DNA from: Lama glama
Lineage: Eukaryota
DNA length: 64,000 nucleotides
Reading direction: 5' to 3'
Assembly (NCBI GenBank): GCA_028534125.1
Contig: CM052818.1
Span: forward strand, 7,008,001-7,072,000
The number at the start of each line of letters is the position of its first letter. The first letter of the stretch is position 1. The position numbers were made by a program, and so were the translations under genes. The notes under the pieces were generated by a model, which did not search any database, was not told the DNA's origin, and saw nothing but the letters and a program-made list of their open reading frames with translations. This document shows positions 1 to 12,380 of this stretch, one piece after another.

Positions 1-274
1 GGGGCTGCCAACTCTCTGTGTCATCAGATCGTTATACCAAACTCATAGCAAACACTGTCATATTTCTAGAGGGCTGGAAATATAACAATGACCAACACGA
101 ATAGAACACTCAAGACAAGTGTGCTAAGTAGTTCACCTGGATTAATTCATTCAGCCCGGGAGAGGTTCCACTGGGTTCCACTGAATCCACACTGCTCTCA
201 GTTGTAGGTTGCACCATTATGCACCGCTAAGAAAGAAAGAAAAAAAACCTGTCAACCAGCTGAAAGATGCAGTA

Positions 275-540
275 CCAGTCAGCATATGCTAGATTGTGCT
301 GTCAAAACATAGACTCCGAAAGTTCAATGGCTAAAGAAGAAAGGTTTATGCTCCTGTCTCCTGAAATGCCCACTGACCGCAGCTTAGCTCCACACGACCT
401 TTACACGTGAGATCCAGGCCCACAGAGCAACCTCCCTCTGGAACTTTGCTAATTGTTGAGGTGATCCTTTTAAAGCTCAGCCAGAAGTGATATGTCACTT
501 CCCTTCACACTGCATTGGCCAGAGCACGGCCACCCCTGGG
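275..540 (-). mobile_element. MLT1-type (MaLR) LTR fragment, old
   Basis: Resembles antisense MLT1J/K/L: 'gctagattgtgctgtcaaaac...aatggctaaagaagaaaggtttat...gaagtgatatgtcacttcccttcacactgcattggccaga'; ends approximate. Confidence 0.55.
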
Positions 541-2175
541 CTCCTCCTGTAGGGACGGCTACGGCAGCAAACAGCAGTACAATTTCCTATTCCTATATCA
601 ATTGAAAGACACATCCTGGAATTGATGAAATATGGAACTTTCATCCCCAGTAGCCAGGTGAGGAATGGACACTTACATGGGTCACACAAGGTGCCTGAAA
701 CCTCATAGGGGCAGACCTGGGGCTTCAGCCCAGGTATCACCAACTCCACCTTTAACCTGGTCAGAACAAGGCCTTATGTATGATCTCTCGGGTCCTGGGG
801 AAGCCCAGAGGACCCTTAAATTACTCTCCATTTATTAATCTGTCTTTTTAAAAGATTCTTTTCTTTAAACACGTGTTGAGCCAGCACTGTGCTAGGTACA
901 GCACTAAAGAATAAGTCTCTAGCTCCCTTAAACAAAATATCCTAGATCAGTCATGGGTCAAAAGGGAGATTCCCAGAGGCCAGCTATTAGCTGTGCAGAG
1001 AAAGGCATGCACTCAGAAGCTAAGATACACGTGACCCTGTCCAATACAGGGCTGGCCCTGGTCGTAAATCACCCCGTTAGGAGGACTATTTACTCTAAGC
1101 AGAGGCCTGGTGCGTGTGGGTCAGGTGCCAAGAAGTGAGTGAGCTGGCCATCGGAATGTGAGTGTGGGTGGGGTGGGGGGAAGTGGTCACCGGCTGCCAC
1201 TGAGTCACAAAGAGCTGAGCTGGGGAGGGCAGCGGGCCCCACCTTGGCGCAGCAGGAAGGAGCAAGGTCGGGAAGAGTCAGAGGTTGGGTGGGGCAGGGA
1301 GGAGGAGGAAGGCTGTCTCAGGTCCCAGCAGATCCCTGAGGTGGCTGGCAAACAGGCCTCTGATGCAAACACCGCCCCACCCAGGGTCCAGCTGGAGATC
1401 CAGAAAGCTCCTTCTGGGATGTATGTCGGGGTGGCCGTGAGAATACCCAGAACCTTGCTTTTGTCTGGTTTGAAATTCAGAAGCAGATGACTGGGGCGCC
1501 CAATACTTTATTCTTAAGAGTCAAGATTTAGGATCCTTTAGCTGTAACTCCTCCTTCCCAGAGCAAGGGTAAGCAAGTTTTCAGACATTTAAAAAATGGG
1601 AAATAAGAAAAGCTGAGGGTTAGCAGGTAGTAGAAAGAACAGAATGGTTGGAGGGGGGGGGATGAGGACAAAATATGAACATGAAATAGAGCCAGCTAGA
1701 GGATGACATTGCTGGTTAGTCATGGCATAAGCTGAGCATGGAGTCCCAGCTCTGCGTTATAAAGTGAAGAGGGATTACCGCGTGGAGGAAGTGTGCCAGA
1801 GGCCAGTCAGACAGCTGCTGGCCTCCTGCCAAGCTCTGAGGCCAGGCTGGCCAGTCAGGGTCCCGCCTCCATGAGCAGAAGCCCAAACTCCCCCATCGGG
1901 GACCCCTGGAGCAAGGGTTCACTCACACACTCTGCCCAGCTAGGCCCCAACCTCCACATTCATCCCCTCAGAACCCTCTGCTGCCCTCTCTGGCCACTAT
2001 CCCTGTTCACGCCTATCTTCTCTCCGTCCTTCAAGGCTGCCCCCTGGAATGACTCCAGCCCTCGCTGCACAAGTGCTAGATGTTTGTTCCTGGGGGTCCT
2101 TTGACTGCACAAAGGTGGGGACTCGGGCTGCACTAACTGAAAGGAAAGATGGGGGAATGTGTTGGTTCATGTAAC

Positions 2176-2693
2176 TGCAGGGGCTGCAGGGGAGGAAAAC
2201 AGTTTTCTTAACCCTCTTAGGGTTCCTGGCTGGGTCTGAAAATTAACCTGAGTCAGATTCACAGGAGAAAATCACACACTTTGATTTAATATAAGTTTTA
2301 CATGACGTGGGAGCCTTCATAAAGGAAATGAAGACCCAAAGGAACAGTTAGACCTGAGCATCTGATGCTAGGTTTGATGAAGAGTGGACAGTCATGGAGG
2401 GACAGGGTAGGCTCAGGAGGAGGTGATGTAGCAAACTGGGGGGATTTACAAGGCCTGTTTATTAGGGTGCTTCTTGGTGTCCCTCTGTCTTTGGCGATAA
2501 GGATGCTCCTTTCCTCCAGACAGAGGGAGGGCATCTCTCATATGAGGATTTTGTGACTTGTTTCAGAGAAGAAGGGGTGGGGGGGTGGTCAGAGTGACTT
2601 TCCAGCTCTGCCGTTTTCTCAGACTCCTTCAGCTTAAAATATTCAGTATGCCAAGGTGCCGTATTTGGGGGTAGCGTGTCCTGAACCCCGTCA
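2176..2693 (-). mobile_element. Solo ERV1 LTR, MER34/MER39-like
   Basis: Reverse complement begins TGACGGGGTTCAGGACACGCTACCCCCAAATACGGCACCTTGGCATACTGAATATTTTAAGCTGAAGG, typical of MER34-like LTRs; TG..CA ends; flanks taac/tacc (4-bp TSD, 1 mismatch). Confidence 0.75.
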
Positions 2694-4230
2694 TACCCAA
2701 TATGAGGGAAATTCCAAGCCAGAGCCAGCAGCCCTGGGGAGCCTTGGAGACTAGGGACTTAGACCCCATTCCTCCATCCCTGGTATGTTCTTCTCTTTAG
2801 GTCTTTATCTTCCCCCTAAGACTGGAACATGGCCTTGTTGCTCACTGCTTCTCCCCTTACAACCTTGTAACCAGGAGAAGCTCCTCTGGGTGGTGGCAAC
2901 CACCTCAGCCTCATGGGTGGTGATGTCTTTGAATAGAATTTGGAGGAAGATGGTGCTGGGAAGACCGGGGCAGTCTGAGCTGCGCAGATCATCAATGCCG
3001 TATCATCTGCTAATGGTTGCAGGTGAGCTCCTCACAGAGGATCCTCTCCTATGCTTGTCCTGCTGTTCCCCATTAAGCAGGCCCTCAATAAATGTTTGCC
3101 CACTGTTTAATTAACCCTTAATACCAACGAGCCTGGCCAGGACCACTAATCACTCAAACCTACCGGTGAAGTTTAGAGTGGGTCCACCACCCTCGGGAAT
3201 TTTTGGGCTCTTTGGAAATCCAGGATAATCAGGGGAAGTCCAGACCCGCTGCTACTGCTGTGCTGCCGTCAAGAACAGAAGGGACCTTTCTACCCAGCGC
3301 TCCCAGGGCAGGGAAAGGCGGCTTTCACGGGGAGGTCTCTGTGGGCCATTCCAAGGATCTGTGTTCATTTCCCTCCCACCAAAGATCCTGACCTTAAGGG
3401 CTGGAGTAAAAATGGCCAGTGATGGGGGTGGTAGCAGGCTCATTCATTTTAGCAGAGATGATACCAGAGTGTATCTTAGAAGACAGTCAAGGGTTATAAT
3501 TTGTCATTTAACGTGCCGGTTTGAGGAGTGATAATTTCCATGCCTTTCAGCTTTATAATCACTCTTGTTCCCCACCCTGACATCCCAGGGCTGCCCAGCA
3601 GTGCCTCCTCCCCATCTTCCCCGGCTCTCTCTTCTGAGAGCCAGTCTGCAGATTCAAAGCAGGGCAGGTTACACTCACTCAGTCTGTGAGCAGTCATTGA
3701 TTAATCTGTCAGTCGATAAGTACTTAGTGAGCATCTGTTGTGTGTACCAGTCATTGTGCTGGGAGCCAAGAGGACCCCTGAGAAGTGTAAAAATGGACCA
3801 ACCCTCCAGAAGCTATGTCTACACACAGACACCCCTGAAGACAGATGATACTGGACTGGATGGTCTTGAAGGTTCTTCGAGGTACTAATATTATGCGGTT
3901 ATAGACTAAGCGATTGGGTTTGGGCGAGGCCCTGGTGGATGGGTAGCGTCTGGCTATCTGCTAAGAGGCAGGTGTGGTGGGAGAGATTATAGTCCAAGGA
4001 CTGGGAGAGGTGAGGAAATAGGAAGATACTCAGTATGTTCATGCTTTGGCCAGAGCAGAGGATTTTTAGGAATAATAATTTATTGCAATATTAGTTAAAG
4101 CTAATGAGTGTGTAATGTATCTCATAGACAGAAGAGAGCCAGGAAGAATTTGAGCAGATGAAAAACTAAAGTTGAACTAAAGTTGAGTGTTCATAATAGC
4201 ATTCATATCCCACTTGCCCACTGCTGCCTC

Positions 4231-4770
4231 TGCGATGGACACTGTTGGTTTTGCACTCAGCAACCACCCCCACTTCTGTCTTTCTATAAGAACTTTAATT
4301 TTACTTAAGATCTACTCATTCCCCCATGTTGCCATGTGCCTCAAGGGAAGCTGGCCCCACTCCGTGCTCCAGAGTAGGTCTGATTGGCCTATCTTGCCAA
4401 CGATTGGTTCTGGAATGAGCACATGGCCCAGTCCTGGCCAGTGAGTGGTGAAGGAGAGTCCACTAGGGGACCTCTGGGAAAAATGTCCTTGTTTCTAAGA
4501 GACGCTCATAAGAAGACATAGTCTTTCTTCTTACCCTAGACATTGTCACATCTGGAAGTGGCCCTTTTGCCTCTAGTCTTAGGATGAAGCCAACAATGAA
4601 GGTAGCAGGGAAGAGAGATGGGAAGAACCTGATTCTGATTGTACTGCTGAGCCACTGAATCAGCCACCCTGAACCCTGCCCTTCCTGTTACGTGACTTAA
4701 TACACTTCCACATTGTTTAAGTTGCTTTGAATCAGGTTTTTGTTACCTGCAGCCCAAAGCATCCTCACTT
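4231..4770 (+). mobile_element. MLT1 (MLT1J/K-like) LTR
   Basis: MLT1-like 3' end 'tttaagttgctttgaatcaggtttttgttacctgcagcccaaagcatcctcact' and internal 'ggcccagtcctggccagtgag'. Confidence 0.65.
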
Positions 4771-4779
4771 ATTCCTCCC

Positions 4780-6000
4780 AGCTCTTGGAATCCTTCCCCC
4801 CCATTAAGCCCACTCTCCACTTTAACCGGGAACTCTAGTCCCTTCCAGTTTCTCCAGTTCTATCTACTCTCTCCTGTCACTACTATCTTCCATGTCATCC
4901 CAGAAGTTTTGCACAGTAGTTCACCTTCACTCTTCTCTTGCCAGCTCCCTACAGTCCTCACTCCCCACCAGCCCCTGCATACTGACCAAGTGAGTCCCCA
5001 GCCACAGGTCAATCCATCTCTGTCTTTGCTACTCCCCCAGCCCTGAGCTAGAGTAACAAAGTGTTGTCCAGGTTTGCCTGAGACTAGGGGCTTCCTGGGA
5101 TTCCAGACTTTAAGATGCTAAAACTAGAACTATCCTGGGTAAACTGGGATGGTGGTTGACCCTAATGGTGGCTGGTGAGGCTGCTAGGGAAACCACCCAA
5201 CAATGTGGTCAATGGTTATTCTCAATGCATTGGTTTCCAGTTTCCACCTTAGCTTACCCAGCTTGGCAGTCCTATTACCCAGCCTGGCTAGCCTGGGACA
5301 ATCCACCCCCTTCATCCCAGGGCTGGTTTTAAATCTTTCCCATGGCTTTCAACCTGCCTACCTAGGTCCCACCACACTCCCTTTGCAGCTGACTTCCAAT
5401 TTCACAGAGAAAAGAGAGACTGTTGGCCACAAAGCCCCTCACCCTCCTGCATGCTTGCTCAGAATGCACCTCCTTTCCTGCTGCTGGAGGAAGCCTCTCT
5501 CCATCCCAATACAGTCATCAGAAATCCAGAGGCCACCTCTCCCTTCCTCTGCACCCACCTCTAGTTACCATGCTCTCCTCCTCCGTCCATGATGATTCAG
5601 GTCTCACTTGCTGTCTCTTCCTAAGTCTCCCTTCAGCCTGGACTCTGCTCCACCGCTGCTTTTGCCAGACTCTCCAAGGACCCATAGGACCCATTACTGG
5701 GCCACATCTCAAGCCACAGCTGCCCAGTACATTCCTGTCCTCCACCCCCTCCTTGAAGCCTGCCCTCCTCCCTTGGCCTCATGCCCTCCTCCTTCTCTGG
5801 CTGTCCCTGCTCAGTCTCTGTCTAGGGCTTCTCTTCCTCTGTCTGCACTGTCAATATTGCTGTTTCCTTCTCTCCTTCTCAACTGTATTCACTTCTTTTG
5901 GATGATTCCTTCTGTAATCATGGTTTCAACTATTATCAAATCCCCACAACTCCTCAGTCCGCAGCTCAGGCCAAGATCTTTCTTCTGTGCTTTGACATGC
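4780..6000 (+). mobile_element. L2 LINE fragments (degenerate)
   Basis: Pyrimidine-rich L2-like blocks, e.g. 'acttccaatttcacagagaaaagagagactgttggccacaaagcccctc' and 'ccctccttgaagcctgccctcctcccttggcctcatg'. Confidence 0.5.
5049..5164 (-). mobile_element. MER81-like hAT-Blackjack MITE
   Basis: About 115 bp with degenerate TIRs (tagagtaacaa...gtccaggtttgcc / gggtaaactgggatggtggttgacccta); matches recalled MER81 in antisense. Confidence 0.7.
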
Positions 6001-6016
6001 ACGTGCCGTGAAGCCA

Positions 6017-6255
6017 TCAGTGTGACTGTTAAGGTCCATGGTTTTGGAGTCAGACAGATCCAGGTCTGAGTCCTGCCTCTACCACTTATTAGCTGTATGA
6101 CCTCGGTGAGGTATCTTAAGCTCTCTGTTCTTCATTCTCAATTGTAAGCCAGATTTCAAAATGTACTTACCTTATGTATGAAGCTGTTGAGAAGGCTAAA
6201 TGAGATTACGTAGAACGCTTAGTAAAATGTCTGGCTCATAGTAACAATCAACGTG
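6017..6255 (+). mobile_element. MIR SINE
   Basis: 'ttttggagtcagacagatccaggtctgagtcctgcctctaccacttattagctgtatgacctcggtgag...aaggctaaatgagat'. Confidence 0.85.
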
Positions 6256-6259
6256 TTTT

Positions 6260-6265
<6 letters not shown>

Positions 6266-6294
<29 letters not shown>
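6266..6294. repeat. (AT)n microsatellite
   Basis: About 14 perfect AT units. Confidence 0.95.
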
Positions 6295-6297
<3 letters not shown>

Positions 6298-6689
6298 GCA
6301 TTATTTTATATATATAGCATTTAGTTGCCTTTACTCAGCTTTTTTTTGCCCCAAGCTTTTATTTCCTGAATTGTGAGGCACTGGGCAATTAAAATCATTT
6401 ACTCATTAAAAACAAAACAGAACAAAAAACCGTAAGGTAGTTGCTGTACTCTCTCTTTATAGGTGATGAAACTGAGGCTCACAGAAAAAGCATCACCTCG
6501 CAGCAGCTAAACCAAACTTTGAATAGACTGATGCCAAAATCCTTCTTCTCAGCCACTACAATCAGCCCGTCTCTCAACACAGTCAAGTCAAAATTCATTC
6601 TCTTTTCCGTGTCCCACACTTGCCCTTCTGCTTAAAATCCCATTTTGCCAGAAGACTACCAACATTTACCTTGTCAGAAAAATAAACCC

Positions 6690-8310
6690 TCCGGGGAAAG
6701 GAAGGATGTGGAGGGAGGGGTGGTGCTGTCTCTCTCCCTGCAGCCCCGACCCCGTCTAACCCACCGGGGGGCCTCATCCCCTTTTCTCCACCCACGGCCC
6801 TTGCCCGCCTGCAGCCCCTCTGGCTCTTCCAGTGGGGCCATTGCTGCAGCCCCTGCCGGAGTCGGTACCGAGCAGGACACCCAAAAATAACTGTTAAGGA
6901 CTGGCTGACCCTAGTCTTGCCCCCAAATCCACCCTTGGCTCCACTGCTAGGGTGACATTGCTAACACCTAACTATGTTCACTTCATTCTCCCGAAGGTCC
7001 TCAATGCCCTACCCCTCCCCATTTCCCCAGGACAAAATGGAGAAACAAGATTCAGGCCAAAGAAAAGTCCTGTGTATAAGTTTTGGGGGCCCCTTAAAGG
7101 AAAGGGCATTGCCAAGGTCTGGGCCTCTGAATCTGTGGCCTGAGGTTCAGGTAGGATCCATCCTCCAACAGATGCTGGGTTTAAGAACCCAATAGTCGTG
7201 TCCAGGTCTAACTGATTGGCATCCCAGCCCTTCACATGTTGTCCCCTTCTCCCCAGGAGGGGTCAGTAGTGAGCAAAAGGTGTGGCCATGTTGCCACAGG
7301 ACTGGGGTTGGTGACCCTGCTTCTGGGCTTCCTATCCAGTTGCCTGGGCAGGAGTCCGAAGAAAACACTCCAGCCACACAATTGGTCTTTCATTAGCATC
7401 TTTTCTGGCAGTCTCCGGGAGAATTTAGGACTGAAGCAACTGGAAACCAGATTGGTTTTTCCTTTCTCCTAGTCCTGCTCCTGCAGCCAGGAGACTACAG
7501 GCTAAGAGGAACGGGGTCCAAACTTGGCTTCCTGGGTGCTCCCCACCACCGGCCCAGGCACTGACCCAGGCCAGGGGAGAGTTGTCATGTTCATTGCTCC
7601 TGGGGCATTCCACCCCCCACCAGCCCCGCCCCCGCTCCCAGGGTGACTCACTCTTTTTCCTGCACAGCAGTGGGGGCCTGCTGGGCGCACCCCTTAAGTG
7701 GCATATGTCCTGGTCATTCCTGGGGTGGTGCCGGGCTCACCCCGTGTGTAGCCCCGAGCCGGCCACACAACCTGTCTGAAGTTTCTTTGGATGTCTCCCA
7801 GTCCCCACACCACATTTTGGAGTCGTTTCGCCCGCCCCTGCTGGAGAAAAACACCGACTCTGGAGTGGGATGAGAGATGGCCCAAAGACCTGGCTTGCTC
7901 CCCAGCCACTCACTTCCTGGAAAACCACGTGAAAAGGGGAAAGAGATCTTCTCAGTCAATCAAAAGGACAGTATTGATCAGGGGCCCCAAACTGTCAGAG
8001 TGGTGGAGGGGGAGGGGTGGGTAAGAATACCAAACAAACCAAGGAAGAACCATAAGGATAGTATCTTACTTGCTGTTAACCCCAGAGCAGTGACTGACAA
8101 GGTGGGGACGTGAATCAATCAGCCTGGGCTAGTTTGTGGCTTATGAACATCAGCTTCTCCCTCCCTGGAGTTCTAGAACTTGAGAGCTAGAGAAACCTAG
8201 AGAAGAACACCTGTAACTGTCAGCCCTCATTTTAAGGGAGAGTCCTAGTGCATCAGGTGACTAGATTGAGGCCGCGCGGTTCTTGCTGTTAGTTAGCGAT
8301 GAGTCACACC
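6690..8310. promoter_or_regulatory. Candidate enhancer/promoter-like GC-rich unique region
   Basis: GC box GCCCCGCCCC 7623-7632, AP-1 TGACTCA 7644-7650, ETS CACTTCCTG 7911-7919, E-box CACGTG 7926-7931, AP-1 TGAGTCA 8300-8306; motif presence only. Confidence 0.35.
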
Positions 8311-9348
8311 TGCAACCCAAGTCCCTCACTCTCCTTCCATCTATCATCCAGTGAGCCTCACCTGCCAGGTGGGGAGGCCGTGGGTGTGGTATATATGCTA
8401 AGGAGCTGCTGTTAGGAAAGCATTAACCAAAGGAATGGGATCTCCCTTAGGTTAAAGCTTTATGTAGAAACAATTTTGTGTTTCAGCGGAAAACTGAATC
8501 ATCTGTTTGTATCAAGTGTAGCACATCCTCCAAGTCTATAGGTTCAAGCTCTGTCCATTGTCTTTCAGCTATTTTTCAACTCTATAAATTGTAAGTAATT
8601 GATAGATCTGTAAATTTTGTCCTGTCTGGTAGAGATTTGACTTCCTCCCACCCCCACCCCGCTGGCAGGGAAAAAAAATACATTTCTGTCTTCCTTTGCA
8701 ATTCATCTCAACAGAAGAACTCAGTGTAAATTTGTGCTGTTTTGACTTTTCCTTTGAAACAATTACAACATCTGCCTGGTCCTATCATATCATTTGAGCA
8801 AAGTAAATTAGCACGTGGTCTTTTTTATATTTTTATGGAAATCATGATTTTACCTTATAACAACGTCATACCTTGTCCACTAGACCCAGCCATCCCACTG
8901 TGTTAGCCCGTGAGGAGCTGCTGGATGAGTCTGTTTCTGTGTCTAAATGAATCCAACCAGAGCTACTCTTCTCTGGGTTTACAAGGGGGGACAGTGTGTC
9001 CAGGGATGGCTGCTAGGCTGGTCCGGGGTGGCTGACCTGGGCCCCGCATCCCCACTCACTGATTTGTGTTCCTCTTTCAACAATGCATCGAAAAACTGTC
9101 AGGGAAGTGGTCCTAATGGCTTCTGAGAGCAGGTGGCTGCCCTGGAAGAGAGGCAGAGGGCCAGCCCCTGGGAGTAAGGCTTACACACGGCACGGAGATA
9201 GCCTGGCTGGAAGCCTCTTTGGGTCATCTTTTCTAAATTGGAATTATTTTCTGTCTTTTTTCTTACAAGTAGTTAGGACATTGAAGATAATAGGAGTACT
9301 TACCTACTCCACTAAAAAGAGGTGGGGGGAGGAGGAGAAGGGAGGAAG

Positions 9349-9806
9349 TGAAAGAGCAGAAAATGAACATGGTGGCCACTGAGTTGTTCAGCCTGTACTT
9401 CTAGCTAAGCTGATCTTATGGCCACCACGCTCCCCTCCCTGCGCCTCTTTTCTTAGGGTAACTCAACCTTTTACCCTAGAGGTCTTGAAAGAAGGTCATG
9501 GACTGAACCCCAGGAATAATGGGCAGACCCTCCTAAATTCCTCCATAACAACAGCAAGTTCTTATCAAGATGAAAGGTATGTCACCCCTGCTCACACCCT
9601 GACTGTTAATCACCCTCCTGTTCCCATTTTCCTATAAAGCCCCAGGACCTTTACCCCAAGACAGGCTCCCAGTCTCTAAGGCATCAGCCTGCCACGCCTG
9701 CCTTTGCCTGGCACAGCAACAAAGCTGTTCTTTTCTATCCCCCCCAAACTCTGCCTCTGATTCTCAATTTGGCTCTTGGGGTAGAGAGGCTGGTTTTTCA
9801 GCAACA
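9349..9806 (+). mobile_element. Solo ERV1-type LTR
   Basis: TGAAAG...GCAACA ends; perfect 4-bp TSD gaag (9345-9348/9807-9810); TATA-like ctataaag. Confidence 0.85.
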
Positions 9807-9956
9807 GAAGTGAGGGGACAAATGGAAATGGGAGAAATGAGAGAGTGAGAGCAAAGGGGAAGGCACAGAAAGCTGACCAGAGTGGTCTTCCCACCAGGAT
9901 CCTCTGGGCTGCACAGAATGGTCTAAAACACGGCTTTACATGAATAACACAGTGAG

Positions 9957-10524
9957 TGAAACCGAGCAGGACCCTGTGGGGCCCTCCTGGGCACAAAAGC
10001 CTTTCTGTGTCCCCCGTTTCTTGTTTGTAGGAAATAGGCTTCATTCAGCCTCCTTGACCTTCCCCGAGTTCCAAAGGGCAGATTCAAACAGCTGCTAATC
10101 AGGGAAGGGAGGGGATGCAGAGACAAGGGAGAAACGGTCAGGAAACAATAGTGCAGACTTGGGGCAGGGTCCTGGTTCCTCCGCAAGGAATAGACACAGT
10201 AATACCTCTGAGTTCTTCTGCAGGAACTAAGGCCCCCAACCCAGGTGGAGGATGGCAACTTCTGGCTGAGCACAGGTTCCTGGAACACCGCCTTGGGATC
10301 TCACCAACCAATCAGAAGAAAGTCACACGCCCTGCAGCCCTCACCCCAAATTTTGCTTTTAAAAACTCCTCCCCAAAAACCATCGGGGAGTTCGTGTTTT
10401 TAAGCACAAGCCACTTGTTCTTCTTGCTTGGTTCTGCAGTAAACCTTTCTATGCTCCAAGCTCTGATGTTCCCATTCGTTTGGTCTCACTGTGCTTTGTG
10501 CACGTGAAATTTTGTTGGGTAACG
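9957..10524 (+). mobile_element. Solo ERV1-type LTR (same family as 15442-16002)
   Basis: TGAAACC...GTAACG; CCAAT box (aaccaatcag), TATA-like tttaaaaa, agtaaa poly(A) signal; flanks tgag/tgat. Confidence 0.85.
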
Positions 10525-10750
10525 TGATGAGGCTATTCCCTGGCCACTAATGACTGTGTGAAGGCGAAAACCTGAGTAGGGTGCTAGTCTGTCTTCAGAG
10601 CCTGCAGTTACCAACAGTATCTAGCTGGAACTTCATACCATTGTTCTGTTTTCATTGTATTCATTTGACTGCTTTATAATCTTCTCCTGTTATAGCAAAG
10701 GATACTGGTTTTCCATTGATACTAAGCTTCATTATAAGTAATTTTATTTA

Positions 10751-10875
10751 GGGGGAGGGTATAGATTGGTGGTAAAGTGCGGCATGTTTAGCATGCAGGA
10801 AGTCCAATCTCCAGCACCTCCATTAAAAAAAAATGAATCTTATTACCCCCAACCAAAAGTAATAATAATAATAAT
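10751..10875 (+). mobile_element. Vic-1-type tRNA-Ala-derived SINE (degenerate)
   Basis: 'ggggagggtatagattggtggtaaagtgc...agcatgcaggaagtccaatctccagcacctccattaaaaa'. Confidence 0.8.
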
Positions 10876-11153
10876 TTTATTTAAGTTTTTAAAAGGGAGT
10901 GAAGAGAAAAACAATAATGTCAGAAAAATTAAGTTAATATTAAGGTATGCAAAAATCATGAAATGGTGCAAAATGACTGGAATTGAGGACTGATGTGGAG
11001 AAGAAAAGGGAAGAAGACAAGAAAGGAGAAAATCAGTAAGGGTGAGAGAAGTGAAACTAGGCTGGGGGCTGACGGACAAGAGCAGGGCCAAGAGGAGTGG
11101 GAGGAGGGGCTGCTTTTGTATTTGGGGTTTGAGTTAAGGATGAGTGTTGGTCA

Positions 11154-12380
11154 TACACGTGAGACAGGAGGGAAGGGGGCAGGGGACAGCCACTCAAAGA
11201 ATGACAGCAATTTAACACCAAAATGGTGGAAGATTCACCAAAATGGTGGAGGATTAAAAGGTTTGACTTCTAGTAGACCTTGAGCTTCATTATATGCTCA
11301 TTTTAACATAAATAACATGCTTGCAGGCGCCATAACAGTCCCAAGGCTAACTGCAAAAGGCCAAAGAATGGGCGGTGGCCCAATTTCTGGGAATTCCAGC
11401 CCCTTCCCCAGGATAGTTGGAATGGTCCCACTTGTAGGCATGTGAAGCTGCTGAGCCCATAAAAACTGGCAACACCATGCCTAGTGGCCCCTTTTCACTC
11501 CCTCTTCTTTGGAGACGGCCCGCACTCTGTCTCTGGAGTGTGTACCTACTTTTACTTTAACCTGAGCACCCAATTCCCACACCTCTTTCCTTCCTTTTCT
11601 CTTGCCTTACACTCTATGCAGTATGCATCTCTCTAAATAAATCTACCTTTACTTAACTGTGGCTCACACTTGAATTCTTTCCTGCATGAAACCGAGGACT
11701 CACACTTGGCGGGGCACATCCCAGGGGCTCAACCAAGACCTGGGACATGGCCCTCCACACGCCCCACATCCGTTTTCCTTCCTCACATGCATCCTGATGT
11801 TCATAGCAGCACTATTTACAATAGCCAAGACATGGAAACAACCTAAAGTTCATTGACAGATGACTGGATAAAGAAGTTGTGGTGTATTTATACAATGGAA
11901 GACTACTCAGGCATAAAAAAAAGAATAAACTAATGCCATTTGCAGCAACATGGATGGATCTGGAGATCATCATTCTAAGTGAAGTAAGCCAGAAAGAGAA
12001 AGAAAAATATCATATGATAACACTCATATAAGGAATCTAAAAAAAAAAAAGAAAAAAGAAGATACTAATGAACTCACGCATAAAACAGAAACACTTGCAG
12101 GCATAGTAAACAATCTTATGGTTATTGGGGGAAAGGGTGTGGGAAGGGAAAAGTTGGGAGTTTGAGATTTGCAAATGTTAACTACTATATATAAAAATAG
12201 ATTAAAAACAAACTTTTTCTATATAGTACAAGGAACTATATTCAATATCTTGTAATAACCTTTAATGAAAAAGAATATGAAAACAAATATATGTATATAT
12301 GTGCATGACTGGGACATCATGCTGTATACCAGAAACTGACACATTATAATTGACTATACTTCAATTAAAAAAAAAAAAAA
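11154..12380 (+). mobile_element. 5'-truncated L1 (ORF2 end, 3'UTR, polyA) interrupted by an LTR
   Basis: ORF2-end sequence 'atgttcatagcagcactatttacaatagccaagacatggaaacaacctaaa'; polyA ends at 12380; TSD gatgagt(g/a)ttggtca at 11139-11153 and 12381-12395. Confidence 0.9.
11160..11785 (+). mobile_element. Solo ERV1 LTR, MER41-like
   Basis: TGAGAC...CCTCA; TSD cacg/catg; MER41-like blocks 'cattatatgctcatt...gcgccataacagt', 'ttctgggaatt..cccttcccc' and 'tgaattctttcctgcatgaaaccgagga'; aataaa near 11637. Confidence 0.85.

Noticed and set aside
5203..6069. Overlapping Leu/Ser/Pro-rich ORFs of 129-160 aa
   Set aside because: Pyrimidine-rich decayed L2 that is poor in stop codons
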